NCBI GenBank assembly: GCA_964016885.1
Contig: OZ024744.1
Coordinates: 133,858,001-133,922,000 of the forward strand
DNA length: 64,000 nt
DNA from: Eledone cirrhosa
Lineage: Eukaryota
Direction: 5' to 3'
Shown here: positions 1-10,500 of the stretch, piece by piece
How the letters are laid out: each line of letters starts with the position of its first letter
How positions within the stretch are numbered: the first letter of the stretch is position 1
The notes under the pieces: model-generated
Seen by the model: the letters and a program-made list of their open reading frames with translations, nothing else
The model's database searches: none
What the model was told of the DNA's origin: nothing
Made by a program: the position numbers and the translations under genes

Positions 1-609
1 TTGGGGATAAGTTAAGTTGGGGTTAAGTTAAGTTGGGGTTAAGTTAAGGTGGGGTTAAGTTAAGTTGGTGTTGAGTTAAGCTGGGGCTAAGTTAAGTTGG
101 GGCTGAGTTAAGTTGGGGCTGAGTTAAGTTGGGGTTAAGTTAAGTTGGGGTTGAGTTAAGTTGGGGTTAAGTTAAGTTGGGGTCAAGTTAAGTTGGGGTT
201 ACGTTGGGGTTAAGTTAAGTTGGGGTTAAGTTAAGTTGGGGTTAAGTTAATTTGTGGTTAAGTTAAGTTGGGGTTAAGTTAAGTTGGGGTTAAGTTAAGT
301 TGGGGTTAAGTTAAGTCGGGGTTAAGTTAAGTTGGGGTTAAGTTAAGTTGGGGTTAATTTAAGTTGGGGTTAAGTTAAGTTGGGGTTAAGTTAAGTTGGG
401 GTTAAGTTAAGTTGGGGTTAAGTTAAGTTGGGGTTAAGTTAAGTTGAGGTTAAGTTAAGTTGGGGTTAAATTAAGTTAGGGTTAAGTTAAGTTGGGGTTA
501 AGTTAAGTTGGGGTTAAGTTAAGTTGGGGATAAGTTAAGTTGGGGATAATTTAAGTTGGGGTTAAGTTAAGTTGGGTTTAAGTTAAGTTGGGGATAAGTT
601 AAGTTGGGG

Positions 610-3600
610 ATAAGTTAAGTTGGGGTTAAGTTAAGTTGGGGTTAAGTTAAGTTGGGGTTAAGTTAAGTTGGGGCTAAGTTAAGTTGGGGCTGAGTTAAGT
701 TGGGGTTAAGTTAAGTTGGGGTTAAGTTAAGTTGGGGTTAATTTAAGTTGGGGTTTATTTAAGTTCGGGTTACGTTAAATTGGTGTTAAGTTAAGTTGGG
801 GTTAATTTAAGTTGGGGTTAATTAAGTTGGGGTTAAGTTAAGTTGGGGTTAATTTAAGTTGGGGTTAATTTAAGTTGGGGTTGAGTTAAGTTGGGGTTAA
901 GTTAAGTTGGGGTTATATTAAGTTGGGGTTAAGTTAAGTTGGGGTTCAGTTAAGTTGGGGCTAATTTAAGTTGGGGCTGAGTTAAGTTGGGGCTGAGTTA
1001 AGTTGGGCTTAAGTTAAGTTGGGGTCAAGTTAAGTTGGGGTTAAGTTGGGGTTAAGTTAAGTTAGGTTTAAGTTAAGTTGGGGTTAAGTTAAGTTGGGGT
1101 TAAGTTAAGTTGGGGTTAAATTAAGTTGGGGTTAAGTTAAGTTGGGGTTAAGTTAATTTGTGGTTAAGTTAAGTTGGGGTTAAGTTAAGTTGGGGTTAAG
1201 TTAAGTTGGGGTTAAGTTAAGTCGGGGTTAAGTTAAGTTGGGTTTAAGTTAAGTTGGGGTTAATTTAAGTTGGGGTTAAGTTAAGTTGGGGTCAAGTTAA
1301 GTTGGGGTTAAGTTGGGGTTAAGTTAAGTTAGGTTTAAGTTAAGTTGGGGTTAAGTTAAGTTGGGGTTAAGTTAAGTTGGGGTTAAGTTAAGTTGGGGTT
1401 AAGTTAATTTGTGGTTAAGTTAAGTTGGGGTTAAGTTAAGTTGGGCTTAAGTTAAGTTGGGGTTAAGTTAAGTCGGGGTTAAGTTAAGTTGGGGTTAAGT
1501 TAAGTTGGGGTTAATTTAAGTTGGGGTTTATTTAAGTTGGGGTTACGTTAAGTTGGTGTTAAGTTAAGTTGGGGTTAATTTAAGTTGGGGTTAATTAAGT
1601 TGGGGTTAAGTTAAGTTGGGGTTAAGTTAAGATGGGGTTAATTTAAGTTGGGGTTGAGTTAAGTTGGGGTTAAGTTAAGTTGGGGTTATATTAAGTTGGG
1701 GTTAAGTTAAGTTGGGGTTCAGTTAAGTTGGGGATAAGTTAAGTTGGGGTTAAGTTAAGTTGGGGTTAAGTTAAGTTGGGGTTAAGTTAAGTTGGTGTTA
1801 AGTTAAGTTGTGGCTAAGTTAAGTTGGCGCTGAGTTAAGTTGGGGTTAAGTTAAGTTGGGGTTAAGTTAAGTTGGGATTAATTTAAGTTGGGGTTTATTT
1901 AAGTTGGGGTTACGTTAAGTTGGTGTTAAGTTAAGTTGGGGTTAATTTAAGTTGGGGTTAATTAAGTTGGGGTTAAGTTAAGTTGGGGTTAAGTTAAGAT
2001 GGGGTTAATTTAAGTTGCGGTTGAGTTAAGTTGGGGTTAAGTTAAGTTGGGGTTATATTAAGTTGGGGTTAAGTTAAGTTGGGGTTCAGTTAAGTTGGGG
2101 ATAAGTTAAGTTGGGGTTAAGTTAAGTTGGGGCTAAGTTAAGTTGGGGCTGAGTTAAGTTGGGGCTGAGTTAAGTTGGGGTTAAGTTAAGTTGGGGTTGA
2201 GTTAAGTTGGGGTTAAGTTAAGTTGGGGTCAAGTTAAGTTGGGGTTAAGTTGGGGTTAAGTTAAGTTAGGTTTAAGTTAAGTTGGGGTTAAGTTAAGTTG
2301 GGGTTAAGTTAAGTTGGGGTTAAGTTAAGTTGGGGTTAAGTTAAGTTGGGGTTAAGTTAATTTGTGGTTAAGTTAGGTTGGGGTTAAGTTAAGTTGGGGT
2401 TAAGTTAAGTTGGGGTTAAATTAAGTTGGGGTTAAGTTAAGTTGGGGTTAAGTTAAGTTGGGGTTAAGTTAAGTTGGGGATAAGTTAAGTTGGGGATAAT
2501 TTAAGTCGGGGTTAAGTAAAGTTGGGTTTAAGTTAAGTTGGGGTTAAGTTAAGTTGGGGATAAGTTAAGTTGGGGTTAAGTTAAGTTGGGGTTAAGTTAA
2601 GTTGAGGCTAAGTTAAGTTGGGGCTGAGTTAAGTTGGGGTTAAGTTAAGTTGGGGTTAAGTTAAGTTGGGGTTAATTTAAGTTGGGGTTTATTTAAGTTG
2701 GGGTTACGTTAAGTTGGTGTTAAGTTAAGTTGGGGTTAATTTAAGTTGGGGTTAATTAAGTTGGGGTTAAGTTAAGTTGGGGTTAAGTTAAGTTGGGGTT
2801 AATTTAAGTTGGGATTGAGTTAAGTTGGGGTTAAGTTAAGTTGGGGTTAAGTTAAGTTGGTGTTAAGTTAAGTTGTGGCTAAGTTAAGTTGGGGCTGAGT
2901 TAAGTTGGGGCTGAGTTAAGTTGGGGTTAAGTTAAGTTGGGGTTGAGTTAAGTTGGGGTTAAGTTAAGTTGGGGTCAAGTTAAGTCGGGGTTAAGTTGGG
3001 GTTAAGTTAAGTTAGGGTTAAGTTAAGTCGGGGTTAAGTTAAGTTGGGGTTAAGTTAAGTTGGGGTTAAGTTAAGTTGGGGTTAAGTTAAGTTGGGGTTA
3101 AGTTAATTTGTGGTTAAGTTAAGTTGGGGTTAAGTTAAGTTGGGGTTAAGTTAAGTTGGGGTTAAGTTAAGTCGGGGTTAAGTTAAGTTGGGGTTAAGTT
3201 AAGTTGGGGTTAATTTAAGTTGGGGTTAAGTTAAGTTGGGGTTAAGTTAAGTTGGGGTTAATTTAAGATGGGGTTAAGTTAAGTTGGGGTTAAGTTAAGT
3301 TGAGTTTAAGTTAAGTTGGGGTTAAATTAAGTTGGGGTTAAGTTAAGTTGGGGTTAAGTTAAGTTGGGGCTAAGTTAAGTTGGGGCTGAGTTAAGTTGGG
3401 GTTAAGTTAAGTTGGGGTTAAGTTAAGTTGGGGTTAATTTAAGTTGGGGTTTATTTAAGTTGGGGTTACGTTAAATTGGTGTTAAGTTAAGTTGGGGTTA
3501 ATTTAAGTTGGGGTTAATTAAGTTGGGGTTAAGTTAAGTTGGGGTTAATTTAAGTTGGGGTTAATTTAAGTTGGGGTTGAGTTAAGTTGGGGTTAAGTTA

Positions 3601-6110
3601 AGTTGGGGTTATATTAAGTTGGGGTTAAGTTAAGTTGGGGTTCAGTTAAGTTGGGGATAAGTTAAGTTGGGGTTAAGTTAAGTTGGGGTTAAGTTAAGTT
3701 GGGGTTAAGTTAAGTTGGTGTTAAGTTAAGTTGGGGCTAATTTAAGTTGGGGCTGAGTTAAGTTGGGGCTGAGTTAAGTTGGGCTTAAGTTAAGTTGGGG
3801 TCAAGTTAAGTTGGGGTTAAGTTGGGGTTAAGTTAAGTTAGGTTTAAGTTAAGTTGGGGTTAAGTTAAGTTGGGGTTAAGTTAAGTTGGGGTTAAATTAA
3901 GTTGGGGTTAAGTTAAGTTGGGGTTAAGTTAATTTGTGGTTAAGTTAAGTTGGGGTTAAGTTAAGTTGGGGTTAAGTTAAGTTGGGGTTAAGTTAAGTCG
4001 GGGTTAAGTTAAGTTGGGTTTAAGTTAAGTTGGGGTTAATTTAAGTTGGGGTTAAGTTAAGTTGGGGTCAAGTTAAGTTGGGGTTAAGTTGGGGTTAAGT
4101 TAAGTTAGGTTTAAGTTAAGTTGGGGTTAAGTTAAGTTGGGGTTAAGTTAAGTTGGGGTTAAGTTAAGTTGGGGTTAAGTTAATTTGTGGTTAAGTTAAG
4201 TTGGGGTTAAGTTAAGTTGGGCTTAAGTTAAGTTGGGGTTAAGTTAAGTCGGGGTTAAGTTAAGTTGGGGTTAAGTTAGTTGGGGTTAATTTAAGTTGGG
4301 GTTTATTTAAGTTGGGGTTACGTTAAGTTGGTGTTAAGTTAAGTTGGGGTTAATTTAAGTTGGGGTTAATTAAGTTGGGGTTAAGTTAAGTTGGGGTTAA
4401 GTTAAGATGGGGTTAATTTAAGTTGGGGTTGAGTTAAGTTGGGGTTAAGTTAAGTTGGGGTTATATTAAGTTGGGGTTAAGTTAAGTTGGGGTTCAGTTA
4501 AGTTGGGGATAAGTTAAGTTGGGGTTAAGTTAAGTTGGGGTTAAGTTAAGTTGGGGTTAAGTTAAGTTGGTGTTAAGTTAAGTTGTGGCTAAGTTAAGTT
4601 GGCGCTGAGTTAAGTTGGGGTTAAGTTAAGTTGGGGTTAAGTTAAGTTGGGATTAATTTAAGTTGGGGTTTATTTAAGTTGGGGTTACGTTAAGTTGGTG
4701 TTAAGTTAAGTTGGGGTTAATTTAAGTTGGGGTTAATTAAGTTGGGGTTAAGTTAAGATGGGGTTAAGTTAAGATGGGGTTAATTTAAGTTGCGGTTGAG
4801 TTAAGTTGGGGTTAAGTTAAGTTGGGGTTATATTAAGTTGGGGTTAAGTTAAGTTGGGGTTCAGTTAAGTTGGGGATAAGTTAAGTTGGGGTTAAGTTAA
4901 GTTGGGGCTAAGTTAAGTTGGGGCTGAGTTAAGTTGGGGCTGAGTTAAGTTGGGGTTAAGTTAAGTTGGGGTTGAGTTAAGTTGGGGTTAAGTTAAGTTG
5001 GGGTCAAGTTAAGTTGGGGTTAAGTTGGGGTTAAGTTAAGTTAGGTTTAAGTTAAGTTGGGGTTAAGTTAAGTTGGGGTTAAGTTAAGTTGGGGTTAAGT
5101 TAAGTTGGGGTTAAGTTAAGTTGGGGTTAAGTTATTTTGTGGTTAAGTTAAGTTGGGGTTAAGTTAAGTTGGGGTTAAGTTAAGTTGGGGTTAAATTAAG
5201 TTGGGGTTAAGTTAAGTTGGGGTTAAGTTAAGTTGGGGTTAAGTTAAGTTGGGGATAAGTTAAGTTGGGGATAATTTAAGTTGGGGTTAAGTAAAGTTGG
5301 GTTTAAGTTAAGTTGGGGTTAAGTTAAGTTGGGGATAAGTTAAGTTGGGGTTAAGTTAAGTTGGGGTTAAGTTAAGTTGAGGCTAAGTTAAGTTGGGGCT
5401 GAGTTAAGTTGGGGTTAAGTTAAGTTGGGGTTAAGTTAAGTTGGGGTTAATTTAAGTTGGGGTTTATTTAAGTTGGGGTTACGTTAAGTTGGTGTTAAGT
5501 TAAGTTGGGGTTAATTTAAGTTGGGGTTAATTAAGTTGGGGTTAAGTTAAGTTGGGGTTAAGTTAAGATGGGGTTAATTTAAGTTGGGATTGAGTTAAGT
5601 TGGGGTTAAGTTAAGTTGGTGTTAAGTTAAGTTGTGGCTAAGTTAAGTTGGGGCTGAGTTAAGTTGGGGCTGAGTTAAGTTGGGGTTAAGTTAAGTTGGG
5701 GTTGAGTTAAGTTGGGGTTAAGTTAAGTTGGGGTCAAGTTAAGTCGGGGTTAAGTTGGGGTTAAGTTAAGTTAGGGTTAAGTTAAGTCGGGGTTAAGTTA
5801 AGTTGGGGTTAAGTTAAGTTGGGGTTAAGTTAAGTTGGGGTTAAGTTAAGTTGGGGTTAAGTTAATTTGTGGTTAAGTTAAGTTGGGGTTAAGTTAAGTT
5901 GGGGTTAAGTTAAGTTGGGGTTAAGTTAAGTCGGGGTTAAGTTAAGTTGGGGTTAAGTTAAGTTGGGGTTAATTTAAGTTGGGGTTAAGTTAAGTTGGTG
6001 TTAAGTTAAGTTGGGGTTAAGTTAAGATGGGGTTAAGTTAAGTTGGGGTTAAGTTAAGTTGAGGTTAAGTTAAGTTGGGGTTAAATTAAGTTGGGGTTAA
6101 GTTAAGTTGG
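610..6110 (+). repeat. Imperfect tandem duplication, period ~2.70-2.78 kb (copy 1 ~610-3340, copy 2 ~3340-6110)
   Basis: Marker pairs: TACGTTAAAT 771/3467 (offset 2696), GGGCTT 1005/3781 (2776), GGCGCTGAG 1826/4601 (2775), GTTAAGTAAA 2511/5286 (2775), GGGGTCAAGTTAAGTC 2971/5730 (2759). The offset steps are an 80-bp (5-monomer) indel, a 1-bp deletion near 4278 and a 16-bp indel. Boundaries are approximate. Confidence 0.85.
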
Positions 6111-7590
6111 GGTTAAGTTAAGTTGGGGTTAAGTTAAGTTGAGGATAAGTTAAGTTGGGGATAATTTAAGTTGGGGTTAAGTTAAGTTGGGTTTAAGTTA
6201 AGTTGGGGTTAAGTTAAGTTGGGGTTAAGTTAAGTTGGGGTTAAGTTAAGTTGGGGTTAAGTTAAGTTGGGGTTAAGTTAAGTTGGGGCTAAGTTAAGTT
6301 GGGGCTGAGTTAAGTTGGGGTTAAGTTAAGCTGGGGTTAAGTTAAGTTGGGGTTAAGTTAAGTTGGGGTTTATTTAAGTTGGGGTTAAATTAAGTTGGGG
6401 TTCAGTTAAGTTGGGGTTAAGATAAGTTGGGGTTAAGATGGGGTTAAATTAAGTTGGGGTTAAGTTAAGTTGGGGTTAAGTTAAGTTGGGGTTAAGTTAA
6501 GTTGGGGTTAAGTTAAGTCGGGGTTAAGTTAAGTCGGGGTTATGTTAAGTTAGGGTTCAGTTAAGTTGGGGTTAAGTTAAGTTGGGGTTGAGTTAAGTTG
6601 GGGTTGAGTTAAATTGGGGTTGAGTTAAGTTGGGGTTGAGTTAAGTTGGTTTTGAGTTAAGTTGGGGTTAAGTTAAGTTGGGGTTAAGTTAAGTTGCAGT
6701 TAAGTTAAGTTGAGGTTAAGTTAAGGTGCGGTTAAGTTAAGTTGGGGTTAAGTTAAGTTGGGGCTAAGTTAAGTTGGGGCTAAGTTAAGTTGGGGCTAAG
6801 TTAAGTTGGGGTTAAGTTAAGTTGGGGTTAAGTTAAGTCGGGGTTAAGTTAAGTTGGGGTTAAGTTAAGTTGAGGTTAATTTAATTTGGGGTTAAGTTAA
6901 GTTGGGGTTAAGTTAAGTTGGGGCTAAGTTAAGTTGGGGTTAAGTTAAGTTGGGTTTAAGTTAAGTTGGGGTTAAGTTAAGTTGGTTAGTTAAGTTGAGT
7001 TTAAGTTAAGTTGGGGTTAATTTAAGTTGGGGTTAAGTTAAGTTGGGGTTAAGTTAAGTTGGGGTTAAGTTAAGTTGGGGTTAAGTTAAGTTGGGGTTAA
7101 GTTAAGTTGGGGTTCAGTTAAGTTGGGGTTAAGTTAAGTTGGGGTTGAGTTAAGTTGGGGTTGAGTTAAATTGGCGTTGAGTTAAGTTGGGGTTGAGTTA
7201 AGTTGGTGTTGAGTTAAGTTGGGGTTAAGTTAAGTTGGGGTTAAGTTAAGTTGCAGTTAAGTTAAGTTGAGGTTAAGTTAAGGTGGGGTTAAGTTAAGTC
7301 GGGGTTAAGTTAAGTTGTGGTTGAGTTAAGTTGGGGTTAATTTAAGTTGGGGCTAAGTTAATTTGTGGTTAAGTTAAGTTGGGGTTAAGTTAAGTTGGGG
7401 TTAAGTTAAGTTGGGGTTGAGTTAAGTTGGGGTTGAGTTAATTTGGGGTTAAGTTAAGTTGGGGTTAAGTTAAGTTGGGTTTAAGTTAAGTAGGGGTTAA
7501 ATTAAGTTGGGGTTAAATTAAGGTGGGGTGAAGTTAAGTTGGGGGTAAGTTAAGTTGGGGGCAAGTTAAGTTGGGGTTAATTTAAGTTGG

Positions 7591-10500
7591 GGTTAAATTA
7601 AGTTGGGGTTACGTTAAGTTGGTGTTAAGTTAAGTTGGGGTTAATTTAAGTTGGGGTTAATTAAGTTGGGGTTAAGTTAAGTTGGGGTTAAGTTAAGTTG
7701 GGGTTAGTTTAAGTTGGGGTTGAGTTAAGTTGGAGTTCAGTTAAGTTGGGGATAAGTTAAGTTGGGGTTAAGTTAAGTTGGGGTTAAGTTAAGTTGGGGT
7801 TAAGTTAAGTTGGTGTTAAGTTAAGTTGGGGCTAAGTTAAGTTGGGGCTGAGTTAAGTTGGGGCTGAGTTAAGTTGGGGTTAAGTTAAGTTGGGGTTGAG
7901 TTAAGTTGGGGTTAAGTTAAGTTGGGGTCAAGTTAAGTTGGGGTTAAGTTGGGGTTAAGTTAAGTTAGGTTTAAATTAAGTTGGGGTTAAGTTAAGTTGG
8001 GGTTAAGTTAAGTTGGGGTTAAGTTAAGTTGGGGTTAATTTAAGTTGGGGTTAAGTTAAGTTGGGGTTAAGTTAAGTTGGGGTTAAGTTAAGTTGGGGTT
8101 AAGTTAAGTTGGGGTTAAGTTAAGTTGAGGTTAAGTTAAGTTGGGGTTAAATTAAGTTGGGGTTAAGTTAAGTTGGGGTTAAGTTAAGTTGGGGTTAAGT
8201 TAAGTTGTGGATAAGTTAAGTTGGGGATAATTTAAGTTGGGGTTAAGTTAAGTTGGGTTTAAGTTAAGTTGGGGATAAGTTAAGTTGGGGATAAGTTAAG
8301 TTGGGGTTAAGTTAAGTTGGGGTTAAGTTAAGTTGGGGTTAAGTTAAGTTGGGGCTAAGTTAAGTTGGGGCTGAGTTAAGTTGGGGTTAAGTTAAGTTGG
8401 GGTTAAGTTAAGTTGGGGTTAATTTAAGTTGGGGTTTATTTAAGTTGGGGTTACGTTAAATTGGTGTTAAGTTAAGTTGGGGTTAATTTAAGTTGGGGTT
8501 AATTAAGTTGGGGTTAAGTTAAGTTGGGGTTAATTTAAGTTGGGGTTAATTTAAGTTGGGGTTGAGTTAAGTTGGGGTTAAGTTAAGTTGGGGTTATATT
8601 AAGTTGGGGTTAAGTTAAGTTGGGGTTCAGTTAAGTTGGGGATAAGTTAAGTTGGGGTTAAGTTAAGTTGGGGTTAAGTTAAGTTGGGGTTAAGTTAAGT
8701 TGGTGTTAAGTTAAGTTGGGGCTAATTTAAGTTGGGGCTGAGTTAAGTTGGGGCTGAGTTAAGTTGGGCTTAAGTTAAGTTGGGGTCAAGTTAAGTTGGG
8801 GTTAAGTTGGGGTTAAGTTAAGTTAGGTTTAAGTTAAGTTGGGGTTAAGTTAAGTTGGGGTTAAGTTAAGTTGGGGTCAAATTAAGTCGGGGTTAAGTTG
8901 GGGTTAAGTTAAGTTAGGGTTAAGTTAAGTCGGGGTTAAGTTAAGTTGGGGTTAAGTTAAGTTGGGGTTAAGTTAAGTTGGGGTTAAGTTAAGTTGGGGT
9001 TAAGTTAATTTGTGGTTAAGTTAAGTTGGGGTTAAGTTAAGTTGGGGTTAAGTTAAGTTGGGGTTAAGTTAAGTCGGGGTTAAGTTAAGTTGGGGTTAAG
9101 TTAAGTTGGGGTTAATTTAAGTTGGGGTTAAGTTAAGTTGGGGTTAAGTTAAGTTGGGGTTAAGTTAAGATGGGGTTAAGTTAAGTTGGGGTTAAGTTAA
9201 GTTGAGGTTAAGTTAAGTTGGGGTTAAATTAAGTTGGGGTTAAGTTAAGTTGGGGTCAAGTTAAGTTGGGGTTAAGTTAAGTTGAGGATAAGTTAAGTTG
9301 GGGATAATTTAAGTTGGGGTTAAGTTAAGTTGGGTTTAAGTTAAGTTGGGGTTAAGTTAAGTTGGGGTTAAGTTAAGTTGGGGTTAAGTTAAGTTGGGGT
9401 TAAGTTAAGTTGGGGTTAAGTTAAGTTGGGGCTAAGTTAAGTTGGGGCTGAGTTAAGTTGGGGTTAAGTTAAGCTGGGGTTAAGTTAAGTTGGGGTTAAG
9501 TTAAGTTGGGGTTTATTTAAGTTGGGGTTAAATTAAGTTGGGGTTCAGTTAAGTTGGGGTTAAGATAAGTTGGGGTTAAGATGGGGTTAAATTAAGTTGG
9601 GGTTAAGTTAAGTTGGAGTTAAGTTAAGTTGGGGTTAAGTTAAGTTGGGGTTAAGTTAAGTCGGGGTTAAGTTAAGTCGGGGTTAAGTTAAGTTAGGGTT
9701 CAGTTAAGTTGGGGTTAAGTTAAGTTGGGGTTGAGTTAAGTTGGGGTTGAGTTAAATTGGGGTTGAGTTAAGTTGGGGTTGAGTTAAGTTGGTTTTGAGT
9801 TAAGTTGGGGTTAAGTTAAGTTGGGGTTAAGTTAAGTTGCAGTTAAGTTAAGTTGAGGTTAAGTTAAGGTGCGGTTAAGTTAAGTTGGGGTTAAGTTAAG
9901 TTGGGGCTAAGTTAAGTTGGGGCTAAGTTAAGTTGGGGCTAAGTTAAGTTGGGGTTAAGTTAAGTTGGGGTTAAGTTAAGTCGGGGTTAAGTTAAGTTGG
10001 GGTTAAGTTAAGTTGAGGTTAATTTAATTTGGGGTTAAGTTAAGTTGGGGTTAAGTTAAGTTGGGGCTAAGTTAAGTTGGGGTTAAGTTAAGTTGGGTTT
10101 AAGTTAAGTTGGGGTTAAGTTAAGTTGGGGTCAAGTTAAGTTGGGGTTAAGTTAAGTTGGTTAGTTAAGTTGAGTTTAAGTTAAGTTGGGGTTAAGTTAA
10201 GTTGGGGTTAAGTTAAGATGGGGTTAATTTAAGTTGCGGTTGAGTTAAGTTGGGGTTAAGTTAAGTTGGGGTTATATTAAGTTGGGGTTAAGTTAAGTTG
10301 GGGTTCAGTTAAGTTGGGGATAAGTAAAGTTGGGGTTAAGTTAAGTTGGGGCTAAGTTAAGTTGGGGCTGAGTTAAGTTGGGGCTGAGTTAAGTTGGGGT
10401 TAAGTTAAGTTGGGGTTGAGTTAAGTTGGGGTTAAGTTAATTTGTGGTTAAGTTAAGTTGGGGTTAAGTTAAGTTGGGGTTAAGTTAAGTTGGGGTTAAA

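Noticed and set aside
2373-2383. Exact TTAGGTTGGGG, TTAGGG hexamers (e.g. 476-481) and TTAGGTTAGG (54743, 55314, 63197, 63768) as relics of canonical telomere repeats
   Set aside because: Each is only one or two substitutions from common local monomers and is expected by chance among ~4,000 units. No run of canonical repeats exists.
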